A stretch of 59,563 bases of DNA from Candidatus Omnitrophota bacterium (GTDB lineage Bacteria; Omnitrophota; Gorgyraeia; Pluralincolimonadales; Pluralincolimonadaceae), in assembly GCA_003141835.1 (NCBI GenBank), contig PLNR01000008.1, positions 1 through 59,563 on the forward strand, read 5' to 3'. The translations under genes and the position numbers were made by a program. Shown piece by piece: positions 10,344 through 19,998 of this stretch. Every line of letters begins with the position of its first letter. Position 1 is the first letter of the stretch. The notes under the pieces are model-generated. The model did not search any database, was not told where the DNA came from, and saw only the letters and a program-made list of their open reading frames with translations.

Positions 10344-10996
10344 GGCTCGTGCTCCTGGGCCCGCCCGGTGCGGGAAAAGGGACGCAGGCTAAAGTTCTTT
10401 CTAAGGAATATAAGATACCGCATATTTCGACCGGCGACATTTTGCGCGAGGCCGTAAAAGCCCAGACGCCGATAGGCCTGAAAGCGAAGGTCTATATGGA
10501 CAAAGGCGAGCTCGTGCCGGACGAGGTGGTCATCGAGATGGTCGCCCAGCGCGTCGCGAAAGCTGATTGCGAAAAAGGTTTCATGCTCGACGGCTTTCCG
10601 AGGACCGCTGCGCAGGCAAGGGCTCTCGACGCGACGCTTACGAAACTCAATCGGCCGGTGGACCTGGTCCTTTATTTCAAGACGTCGGTCGAGACGATAA
10701 TCCAGCGCCTCTCCGGAAGGCGGGTGTGCAGGATCTGCGGCGAGAATTACCACGTAAAGAATATACCCCCGAAGGTGGCCGGTAAATGCGATAAGGACGG
10801 CGGCGAACTTTACCAGAGGGATGACGATAAAGAAGAGACGATCTTGAACAGGATAAAGGTCTACGACAATACCGTTCCTGAAATAATAGCTTATTATGAG
10901 AGCAAGAAGATTCTAAGGACCGTATCAGGCGATTTTGACGTAGACGAAGCGCACGATTTCCTGTCTAAGCTCTTTGTCAAAGAGAACTTAAAATAG
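10340..10996 (+). CDS. adk: Adenylate kinase, with a Cys-containing lid
   Basis: GTG overlaps the secY TGA. P-loop LLGPPGAGKGTQA. Lid CRICGENYH...GKCDKDG. Confidence 0.96.
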   Translation: MRLVLLGPPGAGKGTQAKVLSKEYKIPHISTGDILREAVKAQTPIGLKAKVYMDKGELVPDEVVIEMVAQRVAKADCEKGFMLDGFPRTAAQARALDATLTKLNRPVDLVLYFKTSVETIIQRLSGRRVCRICGENYHVKNIPPKVAGKCDKDGGELYQRDDDKEETILNRIKVYDNTVPEIIAYYESKKILRTVSGDFDVDEAHDFLSKLFVKENLK

Positions 10997-11009
10997 AGCA
11001 GGGCGGCAG

Positions 11010-11771
11010 ATGATAATGCTAAGGTCCAGGGCTGAGGTCGAAAAGATCGAAGCGGCCTGCATGATCGTCGCCGATACCCTGGGATATCTTGGAACGAAGA
11101 TAAGGGCGGGCATGGCTACCGAGGAATTAGACAGCTTGGCCGCCGGATATATAAAGGAAAGAGGCGCGGTTTCGGCCTTCAAGGGATATAAGGGTTACCC
11201 GGGCAATATATGCACTTCGGTGAATGAGACGGTGGTGCACGGGATCCCGGGGAAGCAGGTCTTAAAAGAGGGCGATATAATCGCCATCGATGTAGGCGTC
11301 AAATTTAACGGTTATTTCGGCGATGCCGCGATGACATTCCCGGTAGGCGAGATTCTCGGCGAGGCGAAAAAACTCCTCGAGGTGACTGAAGAATCCCTTG
11401 ATAAGGGGATAGAGAACGCCAGGCCGGATAAAAGGCTCTGTGATATATCCGCCGCGGTGCAGGAATGCGCGGAAAAGAGCGGGTTCTCGGTAGTGCGCGA
11501 ATTTGTCGGGCACGGGATCGGGACGAAGCTGCATGAAGACCCGCAGATCCCGAATTTCGGGGCGGCAGGCACCGGCCCGAGGTTGAAGGCCGGGATGGTG
11601 CTAGCGATAGAGCCTATGGTCAACGCCGGGACATACAAGGTAGAGATCTTGGAGGACGGCTGGACAGCCGTAACGAAGGACAGAAAGCTGTCGGCCCATT
11701 TTGAACACACGGTTTATATAGGCGATAACGGGCCGGAGATACTGACGAAATGGCGAAAGAAGAAGCAATAG
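11010..11771 (+). CDS. map: Type I methionine aminopeptidase
   Basis: [41 protein letters not shown] and AHFEHTV metal-site motifs. Confidence 0.96.
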   Translation: MIMLRSRAEVEKIEAACMIVADTLGYLGTKIRAGMATEELDSLAAGYIKERGAVSAFKGYKGYPGNICTSVNETVVHGIPGKQVLKEGDIIAIDVGVKFNGYFGDAAMTFPVGEILGEAKKLLEVTEESLDKGIENARPDKRLCDISAAVQECAEKSGFSVVREFVGHGIGTKLHEDPQIPNFGAAGTGPRLKAGMVLAIEPMVNAGTYKVEILEDGWTAVTKDRKLSAHFEHTVYIGDNGPEILTKWRKKKQ

Positions 11772-11968
11772 AGGTAGAGGGCGTGGTGCTTGAGGCGCTG
11801 CCGAACGCGATGTTCCGCGTGGAGCTCGACAACGGCCATAATGTGTTATCCCACGTCTCCGGAAAGATGAGGATGAACTTCATCCGCATACTCCCGGGCG
11901 ACAGGGTGAAGCTGGAGCTTTCGCCGTACGACTTAACCAGGGGCAGGATAACTTTCAGGGTGAAATAA
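11750..11968 (+). CDS. infA: Translation initiation factor IF-1
   Basis: 72 aa. [47 protein letters not shown]. Confidence 0.97.
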   Translation: MAKEEAIEVEGVVLEALPNAMFRVELDNGHNVLSHVSGKMRMNFIRILPGDRVKLELSPYDLTRGRITFRVK

Positions 11969-12020
11969 GATGAACCCCGCACTAAGTGCGGGAATGAAAT
12001 TAAGAAAGTGAAGGTGCGGG

Positions 12021-12134
12021 GTGAAGGTACGTTCAAGTATAAAGAAGATATGCGATAAGTGCAAGATAGTGAAAAGAAGGGGAATAAACTACGTGATCTG
12101 CGCTAACCCGAAGCACAAGCAGCGCCAGGGTTAG
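12021..12134 (+). CDS. rpmJ: 50S ribosomal protein L36 (not in the ORF track; 37 aa)
   Basis: Manual translation from GTG 12021 gives (M)[36 protein letters not shown], then TAG at 12132-12134. It sits in the canonical infA-rpmJ-rpsM position. Confidence 0.93.
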   Translation: MKVRSSIKKICDKCKIVKRRGINYVICANPKHKQRQG

Positions 12135-12157
12135 GCGGATAATCCAGGGAGGAAGTA

Positions 12158-12547
12158 ATGCCGAGGATTTTAGGTATTGATCTGCCGAAGGAAAAAAAGA
12201 TAGAATTCTCCCTCTGCTACCTTTACGGGGTAGGGAGAGCGATCTCGAGGAAGATACTCAAGGAAGCGAACATCAATCCGGATGTGCGCGCCAAGGACCT
12301 TACCGACGAAGAGGTATCGCGCATAACGACGATACTCCAGAAGGAATACAAGGTCGAAGGCGACCTGAGGAGAGAGATCGCCCAGAATATAAAGAGGCTG
12401 ATGGACATCGGCTCTTACAGGGGAATAAGGCACAAGAGAGGCCTGCCCGTGCGCGGCCAGAGGACAAAAACGAACGCCAGGACGAGAAAAGGCCCGCGCA
12501 GGATGGCGGTCACTTTAAAGAAGAAGGATACCAAGCCGGGAGCTTAA
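12158..12547 (+). CDS. rpsM: 30S ribosomal protein S13
   Basis: [23 protein letters not shown] and [25 protein letters not shown]. Confidence 0.96.
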   Translation: MPRILGIDLPKEKKIEFSLCYLYGVGRAISRKILKEANINPDVRAKDLTDEEVSRITTILQKEYKVEGDLRREIAQNIKRLMDIGSYRGIRHKRGLPVRGQRTKTNARTRKGPRRMAVTLKKKDTKPGA

Positions 12548-12548
12548 T

Positions 12549-12968
12549 ATGGTAGAAGAGAAGAAAAAAGAAGAAGAGCATAAGCCTAAGAAGAAAAAGA
12601 CAAAGAAGAAAGTCGCCAAGAACATACCCAATGCGATCGCGCATATCCAGGCGACTTTCAATAATACGATAGTGACGATCTGCGACAAGTCGGGAAATAC
12701 CATCTGCTGGGCGTCCAGCGGCGGAAGCGGTTTCGCGGGATCGAAGAAGTCGACGCCGTTCGCCGCGCAGGTGGCTGCGGAAGTTGCCGCAAAGAAAGCC
12801 ATGGAGCACGGCGTGAAGGAAGTTGAAGTGTATGTCAAAGGCCCAGGCGCCGGACGCGAATCCGCGATACGCGCGCTGCAGGCGACCGGTTTGGCGATAT
12901 CATTGATAAAAGACGTTACCCCTATTCCACATAACGGTTGCAGGCCACCGAAGAGAAGGAGAGTATAG
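12549..12968 (+). CDS. rpsK: 30S ribosomal protein S11, with a Lys/Glu-rich N-terminal extension
   Basis: [45 protein letters not shown]. Confidence 0.96.
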   Translation: MVEEKKKEEEHKPKKKKTKKKVAKNIPNAIAHIQATFNNTIVTICDKSGNTICWASSGGSGFAGSKKSTPFAAQVAAEVAAKKAMEHGVKEVEVYVKGPGAGRESAIRALQATGLAISLIKDVTPIPHNGCRPPKRRRV

Positions 12969-12971
12969 TAA

Positions 12972-13598
12972 ATGGCGAAATACAAGGATGCCGTATGCAG
13001 GCTGTGCAGGAGGGAGGGCTCGAAGCTTTTCCTTAAAGGCACGCGTTGCTATACGCCGAAATGCGCGTTCTCCCGCCGCGAGTACGCCCCGGGCCAGCAC
13101 GGCCAGGGCAGGATCAAATTGTCCGACTATGGCCTTCAGTTAAGGGAGAAGCAGAAGCTCAAGAGGATCTACGGAGTCCTTGAGAAGCAGTTCAGGAATT
13201 ACTTCAAGACGGCGAACAAATCGAAGGGTGTCACCGGTGAGATCCTGCTGCAATTACTCGAGAGAAGGCTTGATAACGTATTGTTCCGTTCAGGCCTGGC
13301 GAATTCCACCGCCGACGCGCGCCAGGTCATCGGGCACGGCCATGTGAAGATAAACGGCCGCAGGAACGACATACCTTCGTATTCGGTCAAGATCGCAGAT
13401 GCCGTAACGATAGAGAATAAAGAAGGTATCATAAAACATATAAAGAGCAACATCGAGCTTACGAAGGACAGGGGCGTCCCCAAGTGGATGGCCGTCGATA
13501 CGAACGGCCTTGAGGTAAAGGTCGTCAAGTTCCCGACCAGAGAAGATATCGGGTTCCCAATACAAGAACAATTAATAGTTGAGTTGTATTCGAAGTAA
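12972..13598 (+). CDS. rpsD: 30S ribosomal protein S4
   Basis: MAKYKDAVCRLCRREGSKLFLKGTRC N-terminus and an S4 RNA-binding domain. Confidence 0.96.
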   Translation: MAKYKDAVCRLCRREGSKLFLKGTRCYTPKCAFSRREYAPGQHGQGRIKLSDYGLQLREKQKLKRIYGVLEKQFRNYFKTANKSKGVTGEILLQLLERRLDNVLFRSGLANSTADARQVIGHGHVKINGRRNDIPSYSVKIADAVTIENKEGIIKHIKSNIELTKDRGVPKWMAVDTNGLEVKVVKFPTREDIGFPIQEQLIVELYSK

Positions 13599-13612
13599 GA
13601 GGAGAAAATAAT

Positions 13613-14596
13613 ATGGGTATTGCCTGGAAAGATTTTGAGATGCCAAAGAAGCTGGTTTGCGATGAAGCGAGCTATTCGGACACCTATGGAAAGTTCACCG
13701 CAGAGCCCTTTGAGCGCGGCTACGGCACCACGCTGGGCAACGCTTTAAGGAGGGTGCTTCTTTCGTCGATAGAGGGCAGCGCGGTCACCTCTATCAAGAT
13801 AGATTCGGTCCACCACGAGTTTTCCACCGTCGCAGGCGTCTCTGAAGACATACCGGAGATAATCCTGAACATCAAGAAACTCGTACTGCGCTCGCATTCA
13901 AGGCAGCCCAAGGTCATCGAGATCAAAGCCGACAGCAAGGGCGACGTAAAGGCCAAGGACATAATCCACGATGAGACGATAGAGATCCTCAATCCCGAAA
14001 TGCATATCGCCACCCTGACGAAGAACGCCAAGTTCCACGTCGAGATGGAAGTCGGCAGGGGAAGAGGTTATTATCCGGCCGAGAAGAATAAGAGGGAAGG
14101 CCAGCCGATCGGGGTCATACCCATCGACTCTATATTCACCCCCATCGTAAAGATCAACTTTGAAGTTGAGAATACCCGTGTCGGGCAGATAACCGATTAC
14201 GACAAGCTCATATTGGAGATATGGACCAACGGCAGCGTGACCCCGAAGGACGCCTTATTGTACTCGGCCCATATCCTCGAAAAACATCTCGATATATTCA
14301 TTAATTACGGGAAACTCCCGGAAGAGGAAATCGAGGAAGAGGTGAAGGTCGATGAGGAGCTCTACACGAAGCTCAGGATGCCGGTTTCGGAGCTTGAGCT
14401 TTCCGTAAGGAGCGCAAACTGCCTCAAGGAAGCGAAGATAAAGACGATCGGCGAATTAGTCCAGAAGAACGAGGCCGAGATGCTCAAGTACAGGAACTTC
14501 GGGAAGAAGTCCCTCGCCGAGATAAAGGAGATAATCGTCGGGATGGGCCTGGGCCTTGGCATGAAGGTCGATAAAAAATTACTGAAGAAGGAATAA
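13613..14596 (+). CDS. rpoA: DNA-directed RNA polymerase subunit alpha
   Basis: 327 aa. GYGTTLGNALRRVLLSSIEGSAVT. C-terminal domain ELELSVRSANCLKEAKIKTIGELV. Confidence 0.97.
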   Translation: MGIAWKDFEMPKKLVCDEASYSDTYGKFTAEPFERGYGTTLGNALRRVLLSSIEGSAVTSIKIDSVHHEFSTVAGVSEDIPEIILNIKKLVLRSHSRQPKVIEIKADSKGDVKAKDIIHDETIEILNPEMHIATLTKNAKFHVEMEVGRGRGYYPAEKNKREGQPIGVIPIDSIFTPIVKINFEVENTRVGQITDYDKLILEIWTNGSVTPKDALLYSAHILEKHLDIFINYGKLPEEEIEEEVKVDEELYTKLRMPVSELELSVRSANCLKEAKIKTIGELVQKNEAEMLKYRNFGKKSLAEIKEIIVGMGLGLGMKVDKKLLKKE

Positions 14597-14609
14597 CGGG
14601 TACACAACT

Positions 14610-15197
14610 ATGCGCCACAAAAAACTGAACAAGAAATTCGACAGGAACAAGCCCGAGAGAGAATCGATGATGAATAATCTCGTGAAAGGGCTTTTCATCT
14701 ACCAGAGCATAACCACAACGAAGGAAAAGGCGAAAGAAGCGCGCAGGTTCGCCGAGAAGCTCATAACGGTAGCCAAAAAAGACGATCTCGCCTCCCGCAG
14801 GAGGGCATTCTCGATCTTAAGGGACGAGACCCTCGTCGGGAAATTATTCAAAGAGATCGCGCCGCTTTTTAAGGACAGGAAAGGCGGATATACCCGTATA
14901 ATCCACCTCGGAAAGAGGAGGGGCGACAACGCCCAGCTTTCGATACTTGAATTAACGGAGAAGAAAGCCGTCGCTCCGAAGGTAAAGCACAAGAAAGAAA
15001 AACCGGCCGAGGCCAAACCTGCCGCGCAGGAAAAGGCACCCGCAAAAGAGGGCGCTACCCACGCGCCTGAGAAGCCCAAGGAAACAACGCACGAAAAACA
15101 TATCCAGCCTAAGAAAGAGGAGAAGGAGACGCATAAGGCTCCTGCCGGCGGTTTTGCAGGGACTCTCCGCAAGTTCTTCAGGGGCAGGACAAAGTAA
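14610..15197 (+). CDS. rplQ: 50S ribosomal protein L17, with a C-terminal extension of about 75 aa rich in K/E/P/A
   Basis: MRHKKLNKKFDRNKPERESMMNNLVKGLFIYQSITTTKEKAKE. The low-complexity tail starts around codon 118. Confidence 0.95.
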   Translation: MRHKKLNKKFDRNKPERESMMNNLVKGLFIYQSITTTKEKAKEARRFAEKLITVAKKDDLASRRRAFSILRDETLVGKLFKEIAPLFKDRKGGYTRIIHLGKRRGDNAQLSILELTEKKAVAPKVKHKKEKPAEAKPAAQEKAPAKEGATHAPEKPKETTHEKHIQPKKEEKETHKAPAGGFAGTLRKFFRGRTK

Positions 15198-15268
15198 TCC
15201 GCTAAAGCAGATATTTAAAAGGGGATAACCTTGAAGAAAATTCAAAGAATCCCCCCAGAGGGGAAGCC

Positions 15269-16438
15269 TTGAAGATCTCAAGACGTATTGAGAAAGTCAA
15301 AGAATCTCCTACGCTCGCTATAACTGCAAAAGCTAAGGAGATGCGGCAGAAGGGCGAAGATGTCGTAAGCTTCGGCGCGGGCGAACCGGATTTCGATACA
15401 CCCCCCCATATTAAATCCACAGCGATAAAGGCCATAGAAGGCGGTTTCACGAAATATACTCCTTCTACGGGTATTCCGGAGCTAAAGAAGGCCATCTGCG
15501 AGAAGTTCCGTGACGATAATGGCCTCGCCTATGAACCTTCACAGGTCGTAGTTTCCTCCGGTGCCAAACACTCTCTTTATAACATATTCCAGGCGATTTG
15601 CGACGATGGCGATGAGGTTATAATCCCTTCGCCATATTGGGTCAGTTATCCCGAGATGGTCCGGCTCGCAGGCGGAGTTCCTGTAATACTGGATACGAAG
15701 CAGGGTGACGAGTTCAAGGTAAAACCCGATGCCTTGAAGAAAGCGATCACAAAAAAAACGGTCGCTTTCGTCCTCAACAGCCCGTCTAATCCCACCGGAT
15801 GCGTCTATAACAAGTCTGACCTCGAAGGCATCTCCGAAGCTCTCATAAATAATAAAGTCACTGTCATCTCTGACGAGATATACGAGAAGTTGATCTACGA
15901 CGGAGAAAAACACGTCTCATTTGCCTCGCTCTCCAAAGAGGTGTACGGCCTCACTTTTACTGTCAACGGCATGTCGAAGTCTTATTCGATGACCGGCTGG
16001 CGCATCGGATACCTGGCCGCGCCGACGAGAGAACTGGCAGCCGCCATTGGCAGGCTGCAGGACCACTCGACCTCAAATCCCGTCTCGTTCTCGCAGAAGG
16101 CGGCGGTCGAGGCTTTGAAAGGCGACCAGAAGTGCGTCGCCCAGATGGTTGAGGAGTTCAAAAAGAGGCGCGATTACATGGTTGACAGGATCAACCGCAT
16201 GAAGAATATCAGCTGCGTTAAGCCTAAAGGCGCGTTCTACGTTTTCTGCGACATATCGAAGACGGGGATGGGCTCATTTGATTTCTCAAAAAAACTTCTT
16301 GAAGAAGAGAAGGTCGCGGTCATACCCGGCGAGCCGTTCGGCTGGGATACGCATATCAGGCTGAGTTTCGCGACAGGCCTCGACGATATCAAGAAGGGCC
16401 TCGACAGGCTGGATAACTGGCTTAAGGCCGGAAGATAA
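15269..16438 (+). CDS. PLP-dependent aminotransferase, class I (aspartate aminotransferase-like)
   Basis: TTG start. FGAGEPDFDTPPHIK and SKSYSMTGWRIGY (PLP lysine). 389 aa. Confidence 0.85.
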   Translation: MKISRRIEKVKESPTLAITAKAKEMRQKGEDVVSFGAGEPDFDTPPHIKSTAIKAIEGGFTKYTPSTGIPELKKAICEKFRDDNGLAYEPSQVVVSSGAKHSLYNIFQAICDDGDEVIIPSPYWVSYPEMVRLAGGVPVILDTKQGDEFKVKPDALKKAITKKTVAFVLNSPSNPTGCVYNKSDLEGISEALINNKVTVISDEIYEKLIYDGEKHVSFASLSKEVYGLTFTVNGMSKSYSMTGWRIGYLAAPTRELAAAIGRLQDHSTSNPVSFSQKAAVEALKGDQKCVAQMVEEFKKRRDYMVDRINRMKNISCVKPKGAFYVFCDISKTGMGSFDFSKKLLEEEKVAVIPGEPFGWDTHIRLSFATGLDDIKKGLDRLDNWLKAGR

Positions 16439-16448
16439 AGGAGATATC

Positions 16449-17528
16449 TTGAAACATAAGATCACTTTTATACCGGGTGACGGCGTAGGCCCCGAACTTT
16501 CCGATGCCGCGAAACGCTGCATCGAGGCGACCGGCGTCGATATAGAATGGGAGGTCTTTGACGCGGGGGTAGACGTCATGGAGAAATACGGCACTCCGCT
16601 CCCCGCGCACGTCCTCGAGTCCATTAAAAAGAACAAGGTCGCCATCAAAGGGCCGATCACCACTCCGGTGGGCACAGGCATCAGGAGCGTCAACGTCGAG
16701 CTCAGGAAGGCGCTTGAATTATACGCCTGCCTGCGCCCGTGCAAATCGTATAAAGGGGTCAGGAGCAGGTACGATAACGTCGATATCGTCATCGTGAGGG
16801 AGAATACAGAGGACCTTTACGCCGGCGTGGAATTCGACCCCGGCACACCGGACTGCAAGAAGGTCATAGACAATATCAATAGCTTATCTAAAAAACAGAT
16901 AAGGCCAGACTCCGCAATAAGCATAAAACCCATATCGAAATTCGGATCGGAACGGATAATAAAGTTCGCGTTTGAATACGCGGTAAAGAACGGCAGGAAG
17001 AAAGTCACCTGCATACATAAAGCCAATATCATGAAGGCGACTGACGGGTTATTCCTCGCGACGGCGAGGGAAGTCGCCGCGAAATACGCGGGAAAAGTGG
17101 CATTCGAGGACAGGATAGTCGATAATATCTGCATGCAGCTTGTCCAGAGGCCGGAGGAATACGATATGCTCGTCCTTCCCAACCTGTACGGCGATATAAT
17201 ATCCGACCTTTGCGCCGGGCTTGTCGGAGGGCTTGGGCTCGCCCCGGGCGCGAATATCGGCGATAATTGCGCGGTCTTTGAGGCGACGCACGGCAGCGCG
17301 CCTAAATATAAAGGCATGAATAAGGTAAATCCCACCGCTATGGTCCTTTCCGGAGTCTTGATGCTGCGCCATATAGGCGAGAAGAATGCCGCAGACCGGC
17401 TCGAGAACGCCGTGAAGAAGGTGATCGCCGAAGGCAAATACGTCACTTACGACCTGAAGGCTGAACGCAGTGATCCGACTGCGGTCGGCACACGCCAGAT
17501 GGCAGACGCCATTATAAAGGCGCTCTAA
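16449..17528 (+). CDS. icd: Isocitrate dehydrogenase, NAD-type (isocitrate/isopropylmalate dehydrogenase family)
   Basis: TTG start. IPGDGVGPE, GPITTPVGTGIRSVNVELRKALELYACLRPC, VRENTEDLYAG (IDH-like, not the LeuB RELTGG), and NLYGDIISD. Confidence 0.7.
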   Translation: MKHKITFIPGDGVGPELSDAAKRCIEATGVDIEWEVFDAGVDVMEKYGTPLPAHVLESIKKNKVAIKGPITTPVGTGIRSVNVELRKALELYACLRPCKSYKGVRSRYDNVDIVIVRENTEDLYAGVEFDPGTPDCKKVIDNINSLSKKQIRPDSAISIKPISKFGSERIIKFAFEYAVKNGRKKVTCIHKANIMKATDGLFLATAREVAAKYAGKVAFEDRIVDNICMQLVQRPEEYDMLVLPNLYGDIISDLCAGLVGGLGLAPGANIGDNCAVFEATHGSAPKYKGMNKVNPTAMVLSGVLMLRHIGEKNAADRLENAVKKVIAEGKYVTYDLKAERSDPTAVGTRQMADAIIKAL

Positions 17529-17548
17529 CCGGCCGGAATATTCCCCCC

Positions 17549-18865
17549 ATGAAAAACTACGATATATGTATCATCGGCGCAGGACCCGGCGGCACGGCAG
17601 CGGCGCTCGAGGCGTCATCGCTAGGCGCGACGGTTGCGCTCATCGAAAGGGATGAGGTCGGCGGCGTATGCCTGAACAGGGGTTGTATCCCGACCAAGGC
17701 CAGGTTAAAATCCGCTTTCCTTTACGATGAATTCAAGCGTTCCGCAGAATTCGGCATAACATCAAAATATTTTGACTTCGATCTTTCTTCCATACGCCAC
17801 CGGTCCGCAGAGATAGTGGCGCGCCTTAAAGACCAGCTCGAACAATCGCTCAAAGCCCTGAAGGTAGATATAATAAAAGGCGAAGCGGTCTTTGGGGATG
17901 AAGGGACGGTAACGGCAGGCGGCGAGAAGATATCCGCGACCGCGTTCATAATCGCGGCCGGTTCTTCGCCAAGGGCGCTTGGCCAGGTAAAGTCAGACAA
18001 AAAAAGGATATTCTATTCCGAAGAGATCCTCGGCCTCGATAAGATGCCCGGTGATATCACGATAATCGGCGGCGGCGCCATAGGCTGCGAATTCGCGTCT
18101 TTCTTCTCGGCTCTCGATGCCAAAGTCACCCTCATTGAGATGATGGAACGGTTATTGCCGCGGGAAGATAAGGACCTTTCGAACAGGTTAGAGGGAATAT
18201 TTAAGAAAAAAGGCATAGAGGTGATAACCGGCGCGACTTCTCCCGATATCGAAAAGATCCGCTCTGAAGTCATCTTGATCTCGGTCGGACGTTCACCGAA
18301 TACCGGCGGAATGGGATTGGAAAAAGCCGGTGTAATTGTAAAGGACGGCCGTATCATCGTCGACGAGTATTTGAAGACATCCGCCCCTGATATTTTCGCT
18401 GTCGGGGATTGTATCGGAAGGTATAATCTCGCCCACGCTGCGTCAGCCGAAGGAAAGGCTGCGGCGCGTAACGCGCTCGGGAAAAAAACGGCAATGGATT
18501 ACGGGTTAATGCCGGTTTGCGTCTATTCGTTCCCGGAGGCAGCGAGCGTAGGCCTGAACGCCGATGAGGCGGGGAATAAAGGATATGAGACTGTGGCAGG
18601 CCGCGCTTACTTCGCCGGATCGGGAAGGGCGCTCGCCCAGCGCGAAACAGAAGGTTTTGTGAAACTGACTGCCGACAAAAAGACAGGCAAGATACTCGGG
18701 GCGCAAATATTGGGCTATAACGCGTCTGAACTTATAGGCATAATAAGCGTAGCTATAAAGGGCGGGTTATCGCTGAAGGACTTGGCTGATGTCGTCCAGC
18801 CGCATCCGGCTTTTTCAGAGGCGGTTCAGGAGGCGGCGTCTACAATGTCGAGGAATTTGAAATGA
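17549..18865 (+). CDS. lpdA: Dihydrolipoyl dehydrogenase (E3)
   Basis: FAD fold IIGAGPGG. Redox disulfide GGVCLNRGCIPTK. C-terminal dimerisation HPAFSE motif. Confidence 0.9.
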   Translation: MKNYDICIIGAGPGGTAAALEASSLGATVALIERDEVGGVCLNRGCIPTKARLKSAFLYDEFKRSAEFGITSKYFDFDLSSIRHRSAEIVARLKDQLEQSLKALKVDIIKGEAVFGDEGTVTAGGEKISATAFIIAAGSSPRALGQVKSDKKRIFYSEEILGLDKMPGDITIIGGGAIGCEFASFFSALDAKVTLIEMMERLLPREDKDLSNRLEGIFKKKGIEVITGATSPDIEKIRSEVILISVGRSPNTGGMGLEKAGVIVKDGRIIVDEYLKTSAPDIFAVGDCIGRYNLAHAASAEGKAAARNALGKKTAMDYGLMPVCVYSFPEAASVGLNADEAGNKGYETVAGRAYFAGSGRALAQRETEGFVKLTADKKTGKILGAQILGYNASELIGIISVAIKGGLSLKDLADVVQPHPAFSEAVQEAASTMSRNLK

Positions 18866-19701
18866 TAGCCAAACCCCGCTGGTTAAGAAAGGATATAATT
18901 TCATCGCCGAAGATAGAAGAGACGAGGAGATTCCTCAGGGATTCTTCGGTTAATACCGTTTGCGAGACCGCCAACTGCCCCAATTTATGCGATTGTTTCG
19001 GCAGGGGCGTCGTCACATTCATAATACTAGGGGACGCCTGTACGAGGGGATGCAAGTTCTGCGCGGTAGATGAAGGCATACCGCAGGCGCCTGACCCTGA
19101 GGAACCCTCAAAGGTCTATGAGGCCGCCAAAAAATTGAACCTAAATTATATAGTCATCACATCGGTCACGAGAGATGACCTCCCTGACGGCGGAGCGGCG
19201 CACTATGCCGCGACGGTCGTATACCTGCGCGAGAGATTGGACGGCATAAAGATAGAGGTCCTCGTCCCTGACTTCAAGGGAAGGGCCGGGCATATCGATA
19301 TGGTATGCGGATCGGGCGTAGACGTTTTCGCCCACAATCTCGATACGGTAAGCAGGCTCCATAAAGCCGTCAAGCCGAAAAGCGATTACCTCCTTTCGCT
19401 TGCCGTATTGGGAAAAGCCAGGGATATATCGCGCGGAAGCGTACTTATAAAAAGCGGCCTTATGCTCGGCCTCGGCGAGACCGGGGATGAAGTCATCGCA
19501 GCGATGAAAGACCTGAGATGGGTTGGATGTGATATAATCACGCTCGGGCAATACTTGAAACCTGCCCCGGGAAGGGCTGAGGTGCGCGAATTTATATCAC
19601 CAAAAATGTTTGAAAAATACGAAGAAATAGCGTATAATTTAGGCTTCACAAGAGTGAGCTCAGGACCATTCGTCAGGAGTTCCTATCATTCAACCTGTTA
19701 G
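18862..19701 (+). CDS. lipA: Lipoyl synthase (radical SAM)
   Basis: ATGA overlap with lpdA. CETANCPNLCDCF auxiliary cluster and CTRGCKFC radical-SAM cluster. Confidence 0.95.
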   Translation: MIAKPRWLRKDIISSPKIEETRRFLRDSSVNTVCETANCPNLCDCFGRGVVTFIILGDACTRGCKFCAVDEGIPQAPDPEEPSKVYEAAKKLNLNYIVITSVTRDDLPDGGAAHYAATVVYLRERLDGIKIEVLVPDFKGRAGHIDMVCGSGVDVFAHNLDTVSRLHKAVKPKSDYLLSLAVLGKARDISRGSVLIKSGLMLGLGETGDEVIAAMKDLRWVGCDIITLGQYLKPAPGRAEVREFISPKMFEKYEEIAYNLGFTRVSSGPFVRSSYHSTC

Positions 19702-19727
19702 ACTAATTTTGAGTTGAGGAGGATGAT

Positions 19728-19988
19728 ATGCCGAAGGTCATATTACCTGAAGTAGGAGAAGGGTCGCGGGAAGCCACCATATCTTACTGGCATTTCGAGG
19801 AAGGCGACAGAGTGGAGGAAGGCGAAGATCTCGTGGAGATCGCCACTGATAAGTCCACTTTTAACGTCCCAGCTCCATGCTCCGGAGTGTTGACGGAAGT
19901 CTATTTCGAAGAAGGAGATATGGTCGAGGTCGGAGAAGTCCTGGGCAATATCGAAGAGGCAGAAGCGCTTTTTGAAGAAGAGGAGTGA
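19728..19988 (+). CDS. Stand-alone lipoyl/biotinyl attachment-domain protein (86 aa)
   Basis: VEIATDKSTFNVPAPCSGVL matches the E2 lipoyl-domain consensus around the modified Lys. No catalytic domain follows. Confidence 0.8.
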   Translation: MPKVILPEVGEGSREATISYWHFEEGDRVEEGEDLVEIATDKSTFNVPAPCSGVLTEVYFEEGDMVEVGEVLGNIEEAEALFEEEE

Positions 19989-19998
19989 TTTAAATTAG

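Noticed and set aside
15214-15268. The hairpin ggggat...ttgaa-gaaaa-ttcaa...atcccc and the duplicated ccttgaaga in the rplQ-aminotransferase spacer, as a terminator or an alternative start.
   Set aside because: The pairing is short and interrupted with no T-tract. The upstream TTG (15231) is out of frame with the aminotransferase. There is not enough evidence to call a feature.
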